NCBI GenBank assembly: GCA_050230475.1
Contig: JBFLGF010000217.1
Location: 1-47,884 of the forward strand
DNA from: Ancylonema sp.
Taxonomy: Eukaryota
DNA: 47,884 nt
Direction of reading: 5' to 3'
Shown here: positions 41,671 to 47,884 of the stretch, piece after piece
Numbering within the stretch: the stretch's first letter is position 1
Layout: the number at the start of each line of letters is the position of its first letter
Position numbers and translations under genes: made by a program
The notes under the pieces: generated by a model
What the model was told of the DNA's origin: nothing
The model's database searches: none
What the model saw: the letters and a program-made list of their open reading frames with translations, nothing else

Positions 41671-44600
41671 TCATACACACTTGGCTCTGTATCTCGCTCT
41701 ATGCGCACCTTCATCCCCTTTAGCCGACTCCCTTGCTTTCCTTGGTTCATCTACAAATCCCACCTTATGTGCATCACCATTTACACCACCGTTTGCTCTA
41801 GAGAATACTAACCCATGGAGGTCTCCTTTTCGCCTACTTTCTGCTAACAACCTCACATGATGTGTCCGAAACTCGGCGTGCCGAATCTCCGCCTCTCGCG
41901 CCATATCTTGAGTGTATGTTCCGACCTTCACCATCGTTAGCAATCTCCGACTGTATTTGCGCGTCAGAATTTGCTCCGTGTTATACACGGTTTCTAAACA
42001 AGGGTGACTCGGCATGTCTTCTTCCTTGTAATCATCCGAAGACACGGGATAAAAATACACTAACCTCCCTCCCACTCTCAACATTCGAGCAGCCACATTC
42101 AACAAATCAAGCAAACATTCCTCTAATGTGTATGGAGCCGTGGACGGGATGTGATTCGTTCGCAGATGATCCGGAATTGTGTAGGGGTCACAATCCCCCT
42201 TGAGCAGTTTCCGACCTCCCGATTTCCGGCCGCCCGCCCGAACGCCGTAGGGTGGATCGCACACAATGGCATCAAATATCTGCACAAATCCATCCCCAAA
42301 ATCCAGCTCCACCTTTATATCACACCCCATTTTTGGGCCCAAAACGTGGATTTCTGCGATTTTACGTTATCTAATATCCATACTACACACTATGCTTCTG
42401 GTTCTTGTAAAGTGGAGCAAAGCGAATTCACCCAATCCATTCACTGCCTTACCTCTCCCCTTGTTAGTGAGCATGATCTGTGACCCAACTTCTCAAGGGT
42501 TTACACAAATAGCTGCCTATACCAACTTTCACTTACCATCACTTACCTCAACATTCATAAAATTCACAATTGTAGCAACCCGTGACATCAGTATATGTTG
42601 ACTTGTTATGTCATTCTTAGAACTAAAACCATATCAATGGCATTAACTGTCCTTGTATATCACATGCATTTTCAACATTCTTCTATTTCAGTACTGCCCC
42701 TGATCCCATACGCTACTCGGTCCTCATAGTCTACCTCCATGAACACAAGTTTGCCACTGCTCACAGCGCTCAACATTCCCGACATTGCAATGATATCACC
42801 GACACGACATCGCGACATTATACATTACATTATTGTCCCGCCTACATAATATGTTTGTGATTAATAATGTACATATAATTTAGTACATTATACATATAGT
42901 CTTATAAATCCCACCTCCCCACCTCCCCCCTCCCCTCCCACCCCTCACCTCACACAGGTCCCTCTTCCATGGTGGGCTGTTGTTGTCTGCTCGTAGGAGC
43001 CCCACTGGTTCTGCCAACCCATACTGCCGATCGAAACAGAGACAGCAGAGATAGGTCTGTGTCAGCAGGTAGGATATCTTCAAACATCGAAAAATGTTTT
43101 TTTTTCCCCCCCCCCCCCCTCTATCTGATCCCCATCATCAGAGTTGTTACATTCAAGCTTCAGCTGCCTATCCATAGCCATCCCCAACCGACACCCCCCT
43201 CCCACCTGTCTGAAGTTCCCCCACACGTTGCGATCCGGCCCCTTCCCATCCCTCACCACCCGGATGTCAATGTCTGCACCCTGCCACACCCAACCACCCA
43301 GTCAACCAAAGGGGCATCTTTATGCAATCATTCCAGTCATAGGATTGCAGCACTCTTGGCGGTCCATCTTTGAGGTTGTGCGAGAGTTTCGGTTCCTAAA
43401 TTCAGTTTCAGATTCTCTAGAATCTAAAAGAAAGATGGTTTGATGGATAAAGCGCTCGCCTTAACACAAACTGAAGTCATCCATTCAAACATCATTCATT
43501 CTAGCCTTCCCATTCCGCTCTCCCCCCACCCCCCCAGACTCACTCCCGCATACCAACCCACCCCCTTCCACAACATCCCCACCCCGGCCCCTACCACAGT
43601 CGTAGCCCCAAAGTGAGCCGCTGCCACAAGAATCGACCCCGTCCCGACAAAGGGGTCATACACCAGGGTACCCCTCCCCACTTTGGCCTGATTGGCCATA
43701 AGGAGTGCCACCTCAGCATCCATGGCAGTGGGGCCCAGGTAAGAGCGCCGACTCAGCTCGTACCTGGCCACTATGGTCCTATCAGAGGCTGCCACCTGGC
43801 GGGCAAAGGCCATCCAGGGGGAGGTGGGGGGGGGGAGGCCCTCGTTTCCTAAGACTGCGAGGGACTCTAGGATATAGAATCGGACGTCGGGGGTCTTGAG
43901 GTTGACTGGGCCCTGGGGGTGGGGAGGGGATGGGGAGGTGGGGAGGGGGGTGGAGGGTTGGGGAGTAGTTTTGCACATTATTTACATTTGACATCACTAG
44001 CCGCTCCTTACAGGAATGAACAATTTGAAAAATGAGAGTTACAAGAGGAATTCTAGAAGAAGTATTAGGCATCAATGGACATGTTTCAAGTTTGTGACAA
44101 GTGGATCGAGGTCTGTTTGTAGTTAAGGGTTGCAATGAGTCAATGGAGACTCTATGTGAGGAAGGGATTATTTTGATACATGCAGTTATCAGCCATCTGC
44201 GAGAATTTGATTGGGACCAAATAGTGTGGATTTGGGAGGGGGGTGACTTCCAAAATATCGAATCACATTGAGTAGAAGATGGACTTCTGTGGAAAGACTG
44301 AACAATCCACATCTATCACAGACCCCTTGGCAGGCATTCATATTCCATATGAGGAGTTCCTCTGCGAATCTCATCCACTCCCACAGACAGCATTTTTTAT
44401 AACTGTTTACAGATCTCGATAGCTCCTGGATGAACACATTCTATATTGCCACAGTCCAATGACCCCACTAAGGCGTGCGACCACACATCTCCCTATATTG
44501 AGGGGGCAGGCCACACCTTTATTTGCAAATATGAAAACTGGTCAATCTTCTCCTTTTGCTCCTCCATCTTCACTCCCCTCCCAAACGACTCCACCACCAC

Positions 44601-45281
44601 CTTGAAGCTTAGATGGCCATATAGGGAGCTTGCAGCTCGGGCGGATATTGCTTCACTGCAGCATGCACCTCTTCATATGTGCTGCCCTCTCCCCAGACCT
44701 CGAATAAAGCGCGGCAAAGGATGCCTGCGGGGGATGCCCGAGTATGAGAAATGACAAGAAGGATGAATGGATGGGGTGGGATGACTGTGTGCATTGCGGG
44801 AGCAGCATTGAATTGGAGGCAGTGATGTGCGTGGTGATATGCTGGATATGGTAGGGTGCTGTATATAGGTCAAATGAAGGGCAAAGGTCTGGCAGCATGG
44901 CAGAATGCTATGACATAAAATATTTGTAATAGAGTGCTGGCGACAGGAATAGTCCATGCATTGTGTCTACAATTTTTTTTGCTGTGTCGAGCAAAAGATG
45001 TGGCCCTGCTTTCGACGTTAGCTGCATTTGCATCGTGTTTGAGGGTGAGGTTGAAAATTCAACTGGTTGTTAGGGATTGGTTGCTCACTCCTGCTGCCAA
45101 TGGCCCGTGCCACGTCATCGTTTGGAAGATCGACATAATAGAATGGAGAATCTCTGTGGTGTCCGCCCGGCGGCTGACTCCAATTGAGAGGCTCGTGATA
45201 TCCCGCCAACTGTGCCAGAGATTCTAGCTCCGGCAAGCGAAAGTCAAGGTGACGATGGATGAAATAGCACAGGTACTTCAT
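41671..45281 (-). CDS. TRM11: tRNA (guanine10-N2)-methyltransferase; 6 exons, frameshift in exon 2 as assembled
   Basis: Exons 45281-45089, ~44726-44517, 43912-43595, 43280-43206, 43023-42949 and 42279-41671. Motifs: MKYLCYFIHRHLDFRLPELES, RSYLGPTAMDAE, VYDPFVGTGS, GADID, FDAIVCDPPYGVRAG, YSRRLLTMVK. Confidence 0.95.
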
Positions 45282-45830
45282 GAAGGCTTCACCTTTTCAT
45301 ACACGTTATCTGTGAAGTATTCGATCTGTGATAATGCGGCAGCCCTGGAATTTGGTTGGTGACCACCTTCACTGTCGCGATGGCCAGATATTATCAAAGT
45401 AGGCATCAAGCTGCTTTCAGCTGTTTGTTAGTTTGTTAGCTCTAAATTAGTGACTGCCATTTGAGAGGATCTGCACTCGTTCCGTGAACGGCGCGGTAGA
45501 CGGGGGGAGCACGAACCACAACAACGTCGAAAACAAATCTACGTTGCGCCGGACGTTGCGCCGCTTTGCGTCCCGTGACACCTGTCACCCGAATGACGGT
45601 TACCCGGTACAAAACCGATTTTTTTTCAACAATTTTTTGCCGTGATTGGTTCGTGATGTTCCCGCTATCCAATCAGGTCACTTCGTCGTTTGAGGTCGGG
45701 CGGCAGGCAGGTCGGGGCGAGGAATACACTACATCACATGCATACAGGAGAAACCTGATTACATAACGTGTGCTCATCATGATTACATACCCAAGCTAAT
45801 TGATGAAAGAAGCATGGTCCGTCATGAGAT

Positions 45831-46573
45831 CTTAGTAACCCGGTACGCGCCTTTTTTGCATTTGTTAAGCGTACCACTACAGGTATGGACTTGGGTTGAC
45901 GCTCGGGTACGTCGGTCCCTGGCAACTTTTACTTCGATTTTTTTCGAGGAAAAACCAAATTTCGAATTTTTAGTTCCGCCGTACGAAACCCGGGTTTTTC
46001 CTCCCGAAGTAAGCAAAATCGGGGACGTCATGATTGGAGGTCAGAGAGGGTGACGAATCAGGCGGGAAAACGAACAAGAGACACCAAATCTATTGTGGTT
46101 CAGAATCTGATTGGCTGAATAATGTCGGTGCGTACCAAAATATAGATTCCCCTGGCTTTTACGATCGGGGATTGAGAGCACCAACATCGAAGAGCGCCTG
46201 TCATCTCCAGATTCTGGAGATGACAGGCGCCAGAATCTTAATAAAGTATCGCCCCTCCAATATTTCTGGAGTCCAGAAATATAGGAGGGGCGTACTTTTT
46301 TAAGATTCTACCAAAGATCCTCCTGTCAAAACGGCGGCTCCCCCGTAAAGGGAGCCAATGTAGCAAGGATCTCAAACGGGTACAGTAAACGCGGACCTAC
46401 AGACGCAATATTATCAAAAATAATCAGAATTCTCGCAGTTTTGAACCATTCGTGTCACATCCGTACAGTGTTTGTACCGTTTTTTCACTTGCTATGGTGC
46501 GTTGGGACCTGCGTCCGTTAAGCGTACCCGTACCGGTGCGTACCATAACGGAATTGCGCACCGGGTAACTATG
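45831..46573. mobile_element. Non-autonomous hAT-type DNA transposon, 743 bp
   Basis: Perfect 8-bp TSD CATGAGAT at 45823-45830 and 46574-46581. TIRs are CTTAGTAACCCGGTACGC at the left and GCGCACCGGGTAACTATG at the right. Subterminal CGTAC/GTACG motifs. No transposase. Confidence 0.92.
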
Positions 46574-47255
46574 CATGAGATGTTACCAGGAAAGTAATTA
46601 TTTAGGTTGTTTTCAGTGTGAGGTGCCTACGAATCAATTGAATTTCGTGCTTGCAATATGAACGAATGAAGGGGGTGAAGACAAAGATGGCGATATGAGT
46701 TGTGATGTGGGATAGGGTTGCAGAGTGGCGGTGGGAATCGTTGTCTGAAACGCCGCAAAACGCTATTGAACATCAATATCAGTGGTGGTGGAAGAAAGGA
46801 AAGGGATGGTTCGTGGGGGTGGTAGTGAGGAGTGGGTGGGGTATGAAGGAATATAAATGATGAAGAATTCACGATGGTGGGGTCTTGGCGTGGAGTAAAT
46901 TCTAATGAATACATGTTTACCGAGGATGGACCTAAAATAATCAGTTTCGCGTGTGCAGGATTTTACTTTCGGTTTCTAAGATACATGTCACACAAAGAAA
47001 GCACATGATCATGGTCGACACTCTTATGATGTACAACACCCGTGACACGCTTATACACAATGTTACCCTCCCACGCAAGACAATGCTACTTCAACAACCT
47101 GTTGCCTGCATGTGCTTCCCGCTCCAAACAAGCTTTGGCTACCCCACTCTATGCGTGGCCCTACCACATGTAGAAATACGGAGGTATAGATCCTTGTGGA
47201 CTCACACCTTCCTCACAAAACTTTATCACAAAGAATGTTGATCTACAAACAAGTG

Positions 47256-47793
47256 TCAACCTCCTTTCTTCCCCTTGTCGCCCACCTCTACTAATAGCCT
47301 CCCCACCTCTCCCATGATCGGATAGATCGGACTAAACTCTTTGTCTCCACGCGCCTTCACTTTTCGAGCGTAGGCTTCCAAACTCGCCTTCACCTCCTTC
47401 CACGCGTCTTCCTCCGAGTGTCGGTCAAGCCACAACGAGTACCTGCCATTGTGGAAAATCACCCCATAAATAACGCCATAAATACGTGCTTATGGAACAA
47501 CAAGATGTTGATGTATTGTGCCTAATGAATATGGGCTAGGAGAGCTGTTACTTTGTCTTTTTGGGAGAGTCTCGAAATATTACAAACTTTGTGTGAATTG
47601 CATTGTTTCTCTTCTTATTATGTTCCTTATTCAATACCATTGGTGAGTAAACTTAAAAAGGGTTATAATTAGCAAGGAGATTTGTGCACCTCTTGTCAAT
47701 ACCGCCATTCTTTAAGCATGGGTATAAACACCCTCTTGACAACCCCTACAATATCCCATGTCTTGACCAACAACTCGTAACAATTCGTTGTTC
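47256..47793 (-). CDS. Last two exons of an unidentified protein-coding gene that starts right of the window
   Basis: Exons ~47793-47703 and 47442-47256 have GT/AG sites and splice in frame to TNCYELLVKTWDIVGVVKRVFIPMLKEWRYSLWLDRHSEEDAWKEVKASLEAYARKVKARGDKEFSPIYPIM...*. It looks like a conserved protein, but I could not name the family. Confidence 0.7.
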
Positions 47794-47884
47794 TAAACTT
47801 CGGCTCATCTCGATACTCGATAAGCGGAGGAATAATCGGTGTGTATGAAGGGTTCCAATGTGGGGGGGGGGGGGGGGGGGGACC

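Noticed and set aside
45595..45612. GGTTACCCGGTAC resembling the hAT TIR core
   Set aside because: No partner TIR or TSD found; at most a solo remnant.

Overview
Intron-rich eukaryotic nuclear DNA from a green plant. A streptophyte alga or early-diverging land plant is most likely; this is inferred from a plant-type ethylene receptor, GRXS17 and telo-repeats. Exons were reconstructed by hand from GT-AG sites and remembered plant orthologues. Genes in order: RRP4 (5' part, -), BIO2 (+), decayed/TE-derived ORFs at 6.7-8.6 kb, an ethylene receptor (+), MSH5 (about 31 exons, +), a hAT-type non-autonomous element, SEC23 (-), GRXS17 with an internally duplicated exon (+), a NO66/MINA-like JmjC oxygenase (-), a LYR protein (+), TRM11 (-), a second hAT element rich in hairpins, and the 3' end of an unidentified gene (-). 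The most notable observations are: (1) the duplicated GRXS17 exon is flanked by an inverted intronic repeat; (2) the ethylene receptor mixes subfamily I and II hallmarks; (3) MSH5 has a probable U12-type intron; (4) five small frame-breaking indels occur in four otherwise conserved genes, probably assembly errors; (5) a decayed ORF whose internal stops are all TAG. Exon boundaries are hand-derived and may be off by a few nt.
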